Source: Roseibacillus sp.
GTDB lineage: Bacteria > Verrucomicrobiota > Verrucomicrobiia > Verrucomicrobiales > Akkermansiaceae
Length of the DNA stretch: 64,000 bases
Direction: 5' to 3'
NCBI GenBank assembly: GCA_965242925.1
Contig: CBDEUM010000037.1
Span: forward strand, 65,148-129,147
Shown: one piece after another, positions 19,055 through 28,138 of the stretch
Layout: each line of letters opens with the position of its first letter
Position numbering within the stretch: position 1 is the first letter of the stretch
Made by a program: the position numbers and the translations under genes
The notes under the pieces: generated by a model
Seen by the model: only the letters and a program-made list of their open reading frames with translations
Told to the model about the DNA's origin: nothing
Database searches by the model: none

Positions 19055-19741
19055 ATGATCATTCGTGACCTGCCGGATCAGAAGCGGCCCAGGGAGAAAA
19101 TGGCACAGGAAGGAGCGGTCGCCTTGAGCGATGCGGAGTTGCTCGCCATCTTCCTGCGGGTCGGAGTGAGGGGGGAAAGTGCGATCGCAGTGGGCCAGCG
19201 TCTCCTTGAGAAGCACGGGGGGCTCGCGGCCCTGGGTGGCTTGGAGATTGCCCAACTCGTCCGGGAACATGGTCTGGGCCTGGCGAAGGCAACGCAACTG
19301 GTGGCGTCCTTCGAACTGGGTGTGCGGGTGGCACGGGAGAAGGCGATGCTCCTGAGCCTGGACTGTCCGCAGGCAGCCTTTGAGGTGTTCGCTCCCCAGA
19401 TGCGCCACCTCAGGCATGAGTCCCTCCGGATCGCCCTGCTCGATACGCGCCTGAGAGCCACCCGGTTCCTCACTCTCTCGGAGGGTAGCTTGAATGAAAC
19501 GGTGGCCCACCCGAGGGATATTCTTCATCCCGTGGTCCTGCATAAGTCCCATGGATTCCTCCTCGTGCACAACCATCCCTCCGGGGATCCCTCACCCAGT
19601 CGGGCGGATCGTGAACTGACCAGACGGCTGGCCAGTGCGGCTGCGCTCCTCCGAATCGAGTTCCTTGATCATGTTATCATCGGGCGGGCATCGGACCGTC
19701 ATGAGGGCTGCTTTTCCTTCAGGGAAGCGGGTTTATTGTGA
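19055..19741 (+). CDS. radC: RadC (JAB/MPN domain) protein
   Basis: RPREK..LSDAELLAI, HPRDI, HNHPSGDPSPSRAD, LDHVII. Confidence 0.93.
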   Translation: MIIRDLPDQKRPREKMAQEGAVALSDAELLAIFLRVGVRGESAIAVGQRLLEKHGGLAALGGLEIAQLVREHGLGLAKATQLVASFELGVRVAREKAMLLSLDCPQAAFEVFAPQMRHLRHESLRIALLDTRLRATRFLTLSEGSLNETVAHPRDILHPVVLHKSHGFLLVHNHPSGDPSPSRADRELTRRLASAAALLRIEFLDHVIIGRASDRHEGCFSFREAGLL

Positions 19742-19909
19742 GGAGTGTTTATCGGGCGGCTCCCCCCGGGGAGCCCGGCACACCAGCCAGGGATCATGGC
19801 AGGGTCCCTTCCTCACCTGGCTTTAACTCACTGGGGAGCGGCATCTGCGGACCGGGATTTTTCTGGGAATTGGCTTGTTGAGTTTTGAGCAATCAAGTGG
19901 TCTTCCCCT

Positions 19910-20692
19910 GTGGCTCAAATTCATCCCACCGCCCAGATCTCTCCGGACGCCAGGCTTGCGGAGGATGTCACGATCGGGCCCTACGCCATTATTGATGGCC
20001 CGGCAGTGATTGGTCCGGGGTGCGAGATTGGAGCGCAGGTGTGGATTCACGGCGAGGTGAGCATGGGAGCCATGAACAAGGTGGGCTACGGATCGATTCT
20101 CGGGGCGGATCCCCAGGATCTGGCCTTCGAGCCTGCTACCACGACCGGGGTGGTTCTGGGGGAGAAAAATGTTCTTCGTGAATACGTCACCATCCACCGG
20201 GCCACGGAGCAGGAGAGGAGCACGACGATCGGCAACGGCAATTTTCTCATGACCGGAGTGCACCTTGGGCACGATGTGGTCATGGGAGACAGGAACACCC
20301 TGGCCAACAATGCCCTGCTGGCGGGTTTCGTGGAAATGGGGGACCAGGTGGTGGTGGGCGGAGGATGTGCCTTTCACCAGTTTATCATGATCGGGGATCA
20401 TGCGATGGTCCAGGGTTTGACGGGGGCCTCAAAGGACATCGCTCCGTTCTGTACGGTTGGCCAGTTCAACCGCCTTGCGGGTATTAATTCGATCGGGATG
20501 CGGCGTGGGGGGATCGGGCCGGAAGACCGGAGGGAGATCAAGGCAGCTTACAAGCTCCTCTTCCGGGAGGGGTTGGCCCTGGGTAAGGCGGTGGCGGAGG
20601 CGGATTCCCGGGAGTGGGGGAGTGCGGCGCAGAAGCTTATTGAGGCAGTGCGGAACCCGAGTCGGAAGGGCGTGGTCACGCGGGAGGGGTAG
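19910..20692 (+). CDS. lpxA: Acyl-ACP--UDP-N-acetylglucosamine O-acyltransferase
   Basis: IHPTAQI hexapeptide repeats, DPQDL, REYVTIHRAT, HLGHD, HQF, GINSIGMRR. Confidence 0.92.
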   Translation: MAQIHPTAQISPDARLAEDVTIGPYAIIDGPAVIGPGCEIGAQVWIHGEVSMGAMNKVGYGSILGADPQDLAFEPATTTGVVLGEKNVLREYVTIHRATEQERSTTIGNGNFLMTGVHLGHDVVMGDRNTLANNALLAGFVEMGDQVVVGGGCAFHQFIMIGDHAMVQGLTGASKDIAPFCTVGQFNRLAGINSIGMRRGGIGPEDRREIKAAYKLLFREGLALGKAVAEADSREWGSAAQKLIEAVRNPSRKGVVTREG

Positions 20693-20748
20693 GGACTACG
20701 TTCGCAGGTCTTTTCCAGGAAGACAGGAACCAACGTTTCGCCCCGAGC

Positions 20749-21735
20749 TCAGTCCTTGGCGGCCTTGGGATCCAGCGCATCACGCAGTCCGTCCCCGAGG
20801 AAGTTCAAGGCGAAGAGGGTCAGGGTGAAGAAAAGGCCGGGCAGGATGAGCAGTTGCGGGTTGGTCTCCAGGTAATTTGCCCCCTCCTTGATGAGAATTC
20901 CCCAGGAACTATTGGGCGATTCCACACCGAGGCCCAGGTAGGAAAGGGTTGCCTCATACATGATGAATCCGGGTACGGTGAGGGTAGCATAGACCACGGT
21001 CGGTCCGAGCGTGTTGGGAATGATGTGACGAAAGAGCACACGGAGCCTGGACAGGCCGAGTGAGGTAGCGGCCTCGACAAATTCCCGTTCCTTAAGGCTT
21101 AATACCTGGGCACGGACAATGCGGGCTAGCGTCAGCCAGCCGAACAGGCCGAGGGCAAAGAAGAGCGGTAGGACATTGGTTGCCCTGTCGGTTAAGTCCT
21201 TGTTCCACCCCCAGGTATCAACAATCCATTTTGAGGTGGTTGCCGACCACTCCGAGAGCACCGCTTGAAGGACGATTACCACCATCAGGAAAGGAATGGA
21301 TAGCAGGGTGTCTACGGTGCGCATCATGATTGCATCGATGCGACCCCCATAGAAGCCGGAGATGGCGCCGTAGGCGACACCAATGGTCACGGCCACAAAG
21401 GTGGCGACGAGGCCGACGAGGATGGATACCTGCCCGCCGTAGAGGATGCGGGAAAACAGGTCCCGTCCCATGGCGTCGGTTCCTAGCCAGTGTTCGCCGG
21501 AGGGGGAGGCGAACTTATTGGTCAAATCCTGCTGGATAGGGTCCTTGCAGAACCATGCAAACCCGAAGCAGAGCAGGCAGGTGATGATGAAGACAACCAG
21601 GCTGACAATGGCGGCCTTGTTCTTGCCCATGCGAACCCAGGCATCACGCCATAGTGACGAACCGCGCTCCGCATGTAACAACGAGTTGACGCGTTGCCTT
21701 TCTGCGCTTTCTGTGTCCTGGGTTGCGGAAGTCAT
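20749..21735 (-). CDS. oppC: Oligopeptide ABC transporter permease (OppC family)
   Basis: HWLGTDAMGRD, EFVEAA, RHIIPN, EATLSYLGLG, GDGLRDALDP. Confidence 0.92.
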   Translation of the reverse strand: MTSATQDTESAERQRVNSLLHAERGSSLWRDAWVRMGKNKAAIVSLVVFIITCLLCFGFAWFCKDPIQQDLTNKFASPSGEHWLGTDAMGRDLFSRILYGGQVSILVGLVATFVAVTIGVAYGAISGFYGGRIDAIMMRTVDTLLSIPFLMVVIVLQAVLSEWSATTSKWIVDTWGWNKDLTDRATNVLPLFFALGLFGWLTLARIVRAQVLSLKEREFVEAATSLGLSRLRVLFRHIIPNTLGPTVVYATLTVPGFIMYEATLSYLGLGVESPNSSWGILIKEGANYLETNPQLLILPGLFFTLTLFALNFLGDGLRDALDPKAAKD

Positions 21736-21738
21736 TAT

Positions 21739-22671
21739 TTATCTGGAAGAATCTCCGGTAATACGTACCCGCGGGTCGAGGATGCCGGTCAGGAGGTCGG
21801 CGGCAAGGTTCATGATCACGATTAAAAAACCGAAGAAGAGGGCCACGCCCAAGAGCAGGAACTCATCTCGTGAGATGACGGCATTAACAAAATGCTGCCC
21901 CATGCCCGGCACCTGGAAGATGGTCTCGACGATGAATGATCCGCTGATTAGTGCGGCAAAGGCCGGCCCAATAAAGGCGACGGAGGGCAGGATTCCTCCG
22001 CGCAGGGCGTGGCGTATGATGACCTTGCTGGCTGGAATTCCCTTGGCGTGTGCGGTGCGGATGTAGTCCTGGGAAAGGATCTCAAGCATCCCGCCGCGGG
22101 TCAGGCGGGCCAGATAGGCCGCCGTGGAGAGTCCCAGGGTGATGGCCGGCAGCAGGATGTCCTGCGGGTTGCCCCAGCCGGCGACTTTGATTCCCGGGAG
22201 ATTGGCGGCAATGAAAATCTGCAACAGGGGGCCAATGGTGAATGCTGGCACACAGATGCCGATCATGGCAACGGCCATGCCCCCCCAGTCCACCCAGGTG
22301 TTCTTGCGCATAGCGGAGATGACGCCGATCGGCACACCAATGCAGATGGCGATGCCAAGGGCGCTAAGGCCGAGGATGACTGACACCTTGAAGGACTGGG
22401 AGATGATGTCCTTGACCGGTCGGCCCTTGCTGGTGGAGACGGCCAATGAGCCCTCGGTAATGATGTTTTTCGGGTAGATGAGATACTGGTGAAGAAGCGG
22501 TTTATCCAGGCCGTAGAGGGCGCGCTGGTAGGCCTTGGATTCCTCGGAGAGGTTTTTCTCCGTAGTGAAGGGTTCTCCCGGCATGGCCTTGGCCAAAAAG
22601 AACGTGATCGTGTAGAGGGCGAAGAGGACAAACAGGCCCTGCAGGAGTCGGCTGGCAATAAAACGAAGCAT
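21739..22671 (-). CDS. oppB: Oligopeptide ABC transporter permease (OppB family)
   Basis: MPGEPF, YGLDKP, DYIRTAHAKG, RHALR, VETIF..PGMG, LDPRVR. Confidence 0.92.
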   Translation of the reverse strand: MLRFIASRLLQGLFVLFALYTITFFLAKAMPGEPFTTEKNLSEESKAYQRALYGLDKPLLHQYLIYPKNIITEGSLAVSTSKGRPVKDIISQSFKVSVILGLSALGIAICIGVPIGVISAMRKNTWVDWGGMAVAMIGICVPAFTIGPLLQIFIAANLPGIKVAGWGNPQDILLPAITLGLSTAAYLARLTRGGMLEILSQDYIRTAHAKGIPASKVIIRHALRGGILPSVAFIGPAFAALISGSFIVETIFQVPGMGQHFVNAVISRDEFLLLGVALFFGFLIVIMNLAADLLTGILDPRVRITGDSSR

Positions 22672-24572
22672 CAGCGATCGGGGTTCTGCAGTGAGAGGTT
22701 CGGGCTTCGTTCAAGCCGGAGGAACTTGTAGGGATGGTTGTCCAGGATCAGCGGATCCCATCCCTTGACGTCGGGGTGGATGAGGTAATTGCGCGTATAC
22801 CAGTAGAGGGGAAGGATGGGGCTCTCAGAGAGGAATAGCGCCTCGGCCTCCTCCAGCACCCTGTAGCGCAACTGTGGATCGCCGGTGTTGCTGGCTTTTT
22901 TCAGGAGGGATTCAAACTCCTCGTTATGCCAGCCGGTGCGGTTGTTGCCGCCGTTCTTCATCCACATGTCCAAAAATGTCAGCGGGTCCATGTAATCGCC
23001 GATCCAGCCCCCCGCGGCCAGGCCGTAATCCTTCTCAAACATGGTGGTAATATAGGAGGTCCATTCCATTTGCCTGATCCTGATGCTCACGCCGAGGTTG
23101 TCCTTCCACATCGCCTGCAGCGCCTCGGCATTGGCCTTGGAGGTTTCCTTGTCGGTGGTGAGAAACTCAATCTCGGGAATTCCTTTCCCACCGGGATAGC
23201 CGGCCTCGGCAAGCAGCTGGCGGGCTCCCTCCGGGTCGAAGCCGATGGTCTTGGCGGGCCGGTAATCACCAAAGGGAGGGACCAGCCCTCCTGCCGGTTT
23301 CTGGCCGCCTTTCAGGACGTTGGTGATCAGGGATTGCTGGTCAATTGCCTTGGAGAAGGCGATGCGCACGCGCGGGTCGGTGAAGGGCTCACGGGTGACA
23401 TTGGCACGGATAAAGTAGGTGCCCAGGTAGAGCTCGTTACGGACCTGGTTGGGATAGCGGTCACGGGAATATTCAATCAACTCAGGCGCCAGCGTGTAGG
23501 TGATGTGCATCTGCCCGTCAAAATACATCCGGTCCTCGGTGTAGAGGTTTGAGATCGGCAGGTAGCGGATACCGTTGATGCCAACATTAGAACTGTCCCA
23601 GTAGCGGGGATTACGCTCCACCTGGATATGATCATTGAATTTCCAGGAAGTGAGGATGAAGGCCCCGTTGCTGACGATATTCTTTGGCTTGGTCCAATCG
23701 GTAAAGCGGTCACCGATTCTTCCGTGTTCAAGGATACTGTGTTTGGGTACCGGATACCAGGTGTAGTGCTTGGTGATCTCGGGAAGAAAGGCAATTGGAG
23801 AGTTGAGTTTTACCTTCAGGGTGTGGGGATCGGGGGCCGTAGCACCGAAATCAATCAACTCCCAGAGGTCTTTTCCGCTTTCTGCAAATTCCAGGTTTTT
23901 TTGAATCAGGATTTCACGCGCCTCCCGGCTCACGTCTTCCGGCCATTGGAACAGCCCCGGGTCTGATTGCAGTTCCCTGATCTGCTCCGCCTTGAGGTGG
24001 TCGAGTCCTTTTCGATTGAATTTCGTTTCTCCCTTTTCATTCGGGCCGAAGTCGACTTTTTTCAGCGTCTCCCACTCCACCGGAAAGGATTCATCATTGC
24101 GGCAGGTGAGGTAGGAGCGCTGTGACTTGTGGTAGGGTTCCGCATCCCTGATGTAGTAGAGCATGAAAGAATAATCCGAGGCCAGTGACGGGCTGAGGAT
24201 GCGGCGGTAGGAGAAGAGAAAATCCTCGGCAGTCAGCGGGGTGCCGTCTGACCATCTGGCGTCTTTGCGCAACTCAAAGACCCACTCATCAGGTTTTTGC
24301 GGGTCAGTCGGATACCATTTTTCTGCCACTCCCGGCAATGCCACTCCGTCTTTCGAGGGATGACCGACCACCAGTCCCTCGAAAAGGGCTCTGATGATGT
24401 TGCTCTCAAGGACCCCGCTGACAATGTGCGGATCCAGGCCCTTTGGCTCAGAGGTGTTGCCCATGATCAGGATGCCCTCCCGGGTAGCACGATCAACCGC
24501 GGTCTCACCTTGCTTGCACGCGCCTGTAAAAAGGGCAGCTGCCAGGAGGCAAAGGATGTTGATGATACGCAT
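22671..24572 (-). CDS. oppA: Oligopeptide ABC transporter substrate-binding lipoprotein (family 5)
   Basis: Lipobox FTGAC, EPKGLDP, LFEGL, LRKDARWSDG.PLTAEDF, VSNGAF, WIGDYMDP. Confidence 0.92.
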   Translation of the reverse strand: MRIINILCLLAAALFTGACKQGETAVDRATREGILIMGNTSEPKGLDPHIVSGVLESNIIRALFEGLVVGHPSKDGVALPGVAEKWYPTDPQKPDEWVFELRKDARWSDGTPLTAEDFLFSYRRILSPSLASDYSFMLYYIRDAEPYHKSQRSYLTCRNDESFPVEWETLKKVDFGPNEKGETKFNRKGLDHLKAEQIRELQSDPGLFQWPEDVSREAREILIQKNLEFAESGKDLWELIDFGATAPDPHTLKVKLNSPIAFLPEITKHYTWYPVPKHSILEHGRIGDRFTDWTKPKNIVSNGAFILTSWKFNDHIQVERNPRYWDSSNVGINGIRYLPISNLYTEDRMYFDGQMHITYTLAPELIEYSRDRYPNQVRNELYLGTYFIRANVTREPFTDPRVRIAFSKAIDQQSLITNVLKGGQKPAGGLVPPFGDYRPAKTIGFDPEGARQLLAEAGYPGGKGIPEIEFLTTDKETSKANAEALQAMWKDNLGVSIRIRQMEWTSYITTMFEKDYGLAAGGWIGDYMDPLTFLDMWMKNGGNNRTGWHNEEFESLLKKASNTGDPQLRYRVLEEAEALFLSESPILPLYWYTRNYLIHPDVKGWDPLILDNHPYKFLRLERSPNLSLQNPDR

Positions 24573-24584
24573 TGTCAGTTACTT

Positions 24585-24674
24585 TCAACCGGGTTTGACG
24601 GCAGTGGTCTGGGCTCCACATGGGGTCATGAGCGCACCCAGCAGGACAAGGACGTAGGGAGCGAGCGCCCGCAT
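24585..24674 (-). pseudogene. 29-codon ORF resembling an OppA signal peptide and N-terminus (possible remnant)
   Basis: MRALAPYVLVLLGALMTPCGAQTTAVKPG*, ends 12 nt before the oppA start; resembles MRIINILCLLAAALFTGACKQGETAV. Confidence 0.4.
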
Positions 24675-24842
24675 CGGGGAATACGTTGCGACAGATACCG
24701 TGGCCTTGGCAAAGCTCTTTGCCGGATTGGTCGTTTTTTGCGGGAATATGTTCCCGTTCCCGGGATGAATTTTCCGCAGGCTTGATTCGTCCCATCGGGA
24801 GGCTAGAACCGGGAAGGTTCCTGCTCTCCGAGGCCCTTTTCC

Positions 24843-26540
24843 ATGAAGGTATATTTTCTCCGGCGTCTCCTTCTTGTGCCTGTGACGCTGTTCGGGATTA
24901 CGCTTCTGGTCTTCATGTTGATGAGGGCAGCCCCGGGTGGGCCGGTGCAGAGGGACTTGCAGGAAATGATGGGGGCTGCAGCTAGTGAGCAGGGTGGAAG
25001 CTCAGGGATGAGGGAATCGGAGGGGAATGCGATTACTCCGGAGGCCCTTTTTGAGATCGAGGAGAAGTATCAGCGGGACAAAGGGGTCTGGCGCTCCTAC
25101 GTGGAGTGGTTGGGAGTGGTTCCTCGGGATGTGGTTCGGGCGGCCAAAAGTTTCGAGAGAGGGAAGGACTGGGTGACGATCACGATGCCCAGGGTCAATA
25201 TCGATGTTGACCTCGTCAAGGAGGACTCAGGAATTCGGATCGAACTCCCCACGCAAACAGTCACTCGGAAAACAAGGAAAGAAAAAAATGATATCCTCGA
25301 TGACGAGGCACTTTCAGAGGAGGAAAAAGAAGTTCGCTTAAAGGCGGTCGAGGAGAAAAAAGGCCGCCTTCTGGAGGAGGCAGAGGATGATGACAGGATA
25401 ATCAATGAGCGAATCGAGAAGTATGAATGGAAGGCCCGCCTTGTCACCGTCGAGGAGTTGAAACACCGATGGGAAAAAAACTTCAGGGGTAAAAGTGCAG
25501 CCCACAAAGTGAGGATTCCGGATTCCGGGACCACTGTTAATGACTCGCCGGAGAAGTCGGTGGTATTGCGGTCATGGAGTCGAGAGGAGGGAGACGAAGT
25601 CGAGAAGGGAGATGTTCTTGCAACGATTGAAGTCGGCGCTGTCTCCAGTGAACTGAAAGCGGCGGTAGATGGGGTGATGGGGAGGATCCTGGTCAAGGAG
25701 GGGGAGGAAGTTGTGGATGGAAAGGTGGTGGCAGAAATTGATGTCCTGCAGGAGCGGGCGGTGCTCTACCGGGCCCAGCGTGATGGTCTCCTGCAGGGGA
25801 GTCTCGGGGATTCAGAGAGGTATGGAGACCCGGTGATCAGCATGGTAAGGAAACGGATGCCTATTTCGCTCTTCTACGGAGTGATCTCGATGATCCTGAT
25901 CTATGGGATCTGTATTCCCCTCGGCATCGTTAAGGCGATCAAGCATCGCACCTGGCTGGATAATGTTTCTTCGATTGCGGTCTTTTCCGGATATGCGATT
26001 CCTGGCTATGTCCTGGGGTCTTTTCTCCTCGTGTTCCTCGGAGCCCGCCTTGATCTTTTCCCGCTCTCTGGATTTGTCTCGGAGAATTTCAGTGAACTCC
26101 CCCTCGGGGCCAAGATTTTCGATCTCTTTCACCATGCGGTCATGCCTCTCTCCTGTTACCTGGTAGGGAGCTTTGCCTTCATGACCTTCATGATGAAGAA
26201 TAACCTGATGGATAATCTGGCGGCGGATTACGTGAGGACTGCGACGGCCAAGGGGGTATCTTACGGATCGGCGGTATTCAGGCATGCATTCCGGAATTCC
26301 ATCATTCCCATCGCTACCACGGTAGGGCAGAACATCACCCTGTTGGTAGGTGGGAGCTTCCTCATTGAAAAGATCTTCGATATCGATGGCTTCGGGCTTC
26401 TCCAATTTAATGCCATCCTGGATAAGGATGAGCCCGTGGTGCTGGGGGTGCTGACGATCTCGGCGACCTTGATGCTCCTCGGAAATGTCATTTCCGACCT
26501 CTGCGTGGCGTTCGTGGACCCACGGATTCGTTTCAGATAG
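24843..26540 (+). CDS. Peptide ABC permease (OppB/YejB-like) with large insertion including a lipoyl/biotinyl-like domain
   Basis: YFLRRLLL...APGGPV N-terminus; LGDS.RY, DYVRTATAKG, HAFRNS, VDPRIRF C-terminus; 565 aa. Confidence 0.9.
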   Translation: MKVYFLRRLLLVPVTLFGITLLVFMLMRAAPGGPVQRDLQEMMGAAASEQGGSSGMRESEGNAITPEALFEIEEKYQRDKGVWRSYVEWLGVVPRDVVRAAKSFERGKDWVTITMPRVNIDVDLVKEDSGIRIELPTQTVTRKTRKEKNDILDDEALSEEEKEVRLKAVEEKKGRLLEEAEDDDRIINERIEKYEWKARLVTVEELKHRWEKNFRGKSAAHKVRIPDSGTTVNDSPEKSVVLRSWSREEGDEVEKGDVLATIEVGAVSSELKAAVDGVMGRILVKEGEEVVDGKVVAEIDVLQERAVLYRAQRDGLLQGSLGDSERYGDPVISMVRKRMPISLFYGVISMILIYGICIPLGIVKAIKHRTWLDNVSSIAVFSGYAIPGYVLGSFLLVFLGARLDLFPLSGFVSENFSELPLGAKIFDLFHHAVMPLSCYLVGSFAFMTFMMKNNLMDNLAADYVRTATAKGVSYGSAVFRHAFRNSIIPIATTVGQNITLLVGGSFLIEKIFDIDGFGLLQFNAILDKDEPVVLGVLTISATLMLLGNVISDLCVAFVDPRIRFR

Positions 26541-28136
26541 ATGCTCATCCGTCTTACAGGTATTTTTCTGATTGTGATCAGCGTGGGTGCGGTGATCGCT
26601 CATCACTTTGAATTGTCCCTGCCTACCATCGACTGGTTCTTCTCTTTTGATTCCAAGGAGAAGGAGCTTGTCGAGGCCTCGTGGTGGGCAAAGAATCAGG
26701 CCGGTGTTATTGGGCATGCCCTATGTAGTGTCCCACTGGTGATTGGGGTGCTTGCCCTGCTGGTCTCCCTGCGGACGAAGTCCCGGAAAGTGAACTGGAA
26801 TCCCCAGACGCTCCGTAAGCTGAAGCGCTTCAAGTCGATCACCCGGGGCTATGTCTCCCTCTGGATCCTTGCAGGATTGCTCTTCCTCACCTTGCTCGAC
26901 CACGCCCTGGTCGGAAAGAAGGCTCTCCTGGTGAAGTATGATGGGAAGCTTTACAGCCCGGCCTTTGTGCAACGAAGCTATATGGGAGAGGACTTCGGGC
27001 AGGAGGGGCAAAGCGAGGTCGACTACCGGGATCTCAAGGAGGTGTTCGCAAAGGAGAAAGGCGGAGAGAACTGGGTCCTGCTCCCCCTGGTCCCCTTTGA
27101 TGCCACCTTTGACTCTGCAGAGCCGCTCAAGGAGGTGTTAACGGAGCGGGATGGAGTGTTTTACCGGGAGAGTGAACAGAAGCCCTATTCGGGCCTGGGC
27201 TATCGTTATTATGCCGATGAAATGGACAAAAGGCACTCCATGGTGCGTTTCCGCAAGGGGGTTCGGCAGGGGCGCGAGGAGTACTACGGACGGTCCGGTG
27301 GCGATATGATCGGACACTATGGATGGACGGATGGGGTGCGTAGCGCCGATCCGGCGATGGGGGAGGATCAGGTCCGGGCGGCCGAGAAGGAGGAGACCAC
27401 GGAGTGGCAGTCGGTGCGCTATCCGCCTCTTCCCCCCAGTCTCAAGACCCGGCACTATCTCGGAACGGATTCACGGGGATGGGATGTCCTGGCCCAGATT
27501 TACGGGGGCCTGCAATTGGTCTTCCAGGCGGCCATCATCTACCTGTTGGTGACCTATGCGATCGGGATCACCCTGGGAAGCCTGATGGGCTATCTGGGGG
27601 GGGGCTTTGATATCGTGGTGCAGCGGTTCATTGAAATCCTGGCCAATGTGCCTTTCCTATACGTAGTCATCATCATTGCCGACAGGATCGGGCGGGAGGA
27701 TGTGACCCTTGTGACGATCCTGCTGGTGCTCTGTATCTTCTCCTGGATCGGGATCACGTATTACATGAGGACCGCAGCCTACCGGGAGAAGGCGAGGGAT
27801 TACGTGGCCGCCGCCCGGGTCCTGGGAGCCGGTCCAATCCGGGTGATTTTCCGCCACGTTCTGCCCAACGCGATCTCGATCGTGGTGACCCTGCTGCCCT
27901 TCAGTGTGGTAGGAGTCATCACGGCCCTGACAGCTCTCGACTTCATTGGGTTCGGACTTCCTGATACCTATCCCAGTTGGGGCCGAATTCTGGGGGACGG
28001 AGTTAGCAATCTCGACTACCCTTGGATCGTGGCCTCGGTCTTCGGGGGAATGGTGACTGTCCTGCTTCTCGTGACCTTTGTGGGAGAGGCCGTGCGGGAG
28101 GCCTTCGATCCTAAGAAATTCACCACCTACCGTTGA
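26541..28136 (+). CDS. Peptide ABC permease (OppC/YejE-like) with N-terminal extension and loop insertion
   Basis: KRFKSITRGY.SL, HYLGTDSRGWDVLA, RHVLPNA, ALDFIGFG, GEAVREAFDP. Confidence 0.9.
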   Translation: MLIRLTGIFLIVISVGAVIAHHFELSLPTIDWFFSFDSKEKELVEASWWAKNQAGVIGHALCSVPLVIGVLALLVSLRTKSRKVNWNPQTLRKLKRFKSITRGYVSLWILAGLLFLTLLDHALVGKKALLVKYDGKLYSPAFVQRSYMGEDFGQEGQSEVDYRDLKEVFAKEKGGENWVLLPLVPFDATFDSAEPLKEVLTERDGVFYRESEQKPYSGLGYRYYADEMDKRHSMVRFRKGVRQGREEYYGRSGGDMIGHYGWTDGVRSADPAMGEDQVRAAEKEETTEWQSVRYPPLPPSLKTRHYLGTDSRGWDVLAQIYGGLQLVFQAAIIYLLVTYAIGITLGSLMGYLGGGFDIVVQRFIEILANVPFLYVVIIIADRIGREDVTLVTILLVLCIFSWIGITYYMRTAAYREKARDYVAAARVLGAGPIRVIFRHVLPNAISIVVTLLPFSVVGVITALTALDFIGFGLPDTYPSWGRILGDGVSNLDYPWIVASVFGGMVTVLLLVTFVGEAVREAFDPKKFTTYR

Positions 28137-28138
28137 TC

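Noticed and set aside
19055..19741. radC as a marker of a mobile element
   Set aside because: Full-length chromosomal type with N-terminal domain, between housekeeping genes; no integrase or att repeats nearby
19758..19775. GC-rich palindrome GGCTCCCC-CC-GGGGAGCC (and a similar hairpin at 54361-54390) as a REP-like family
   Set aside because: The hairpins do not share sequence, I found no further copies, and neither has a U-tract
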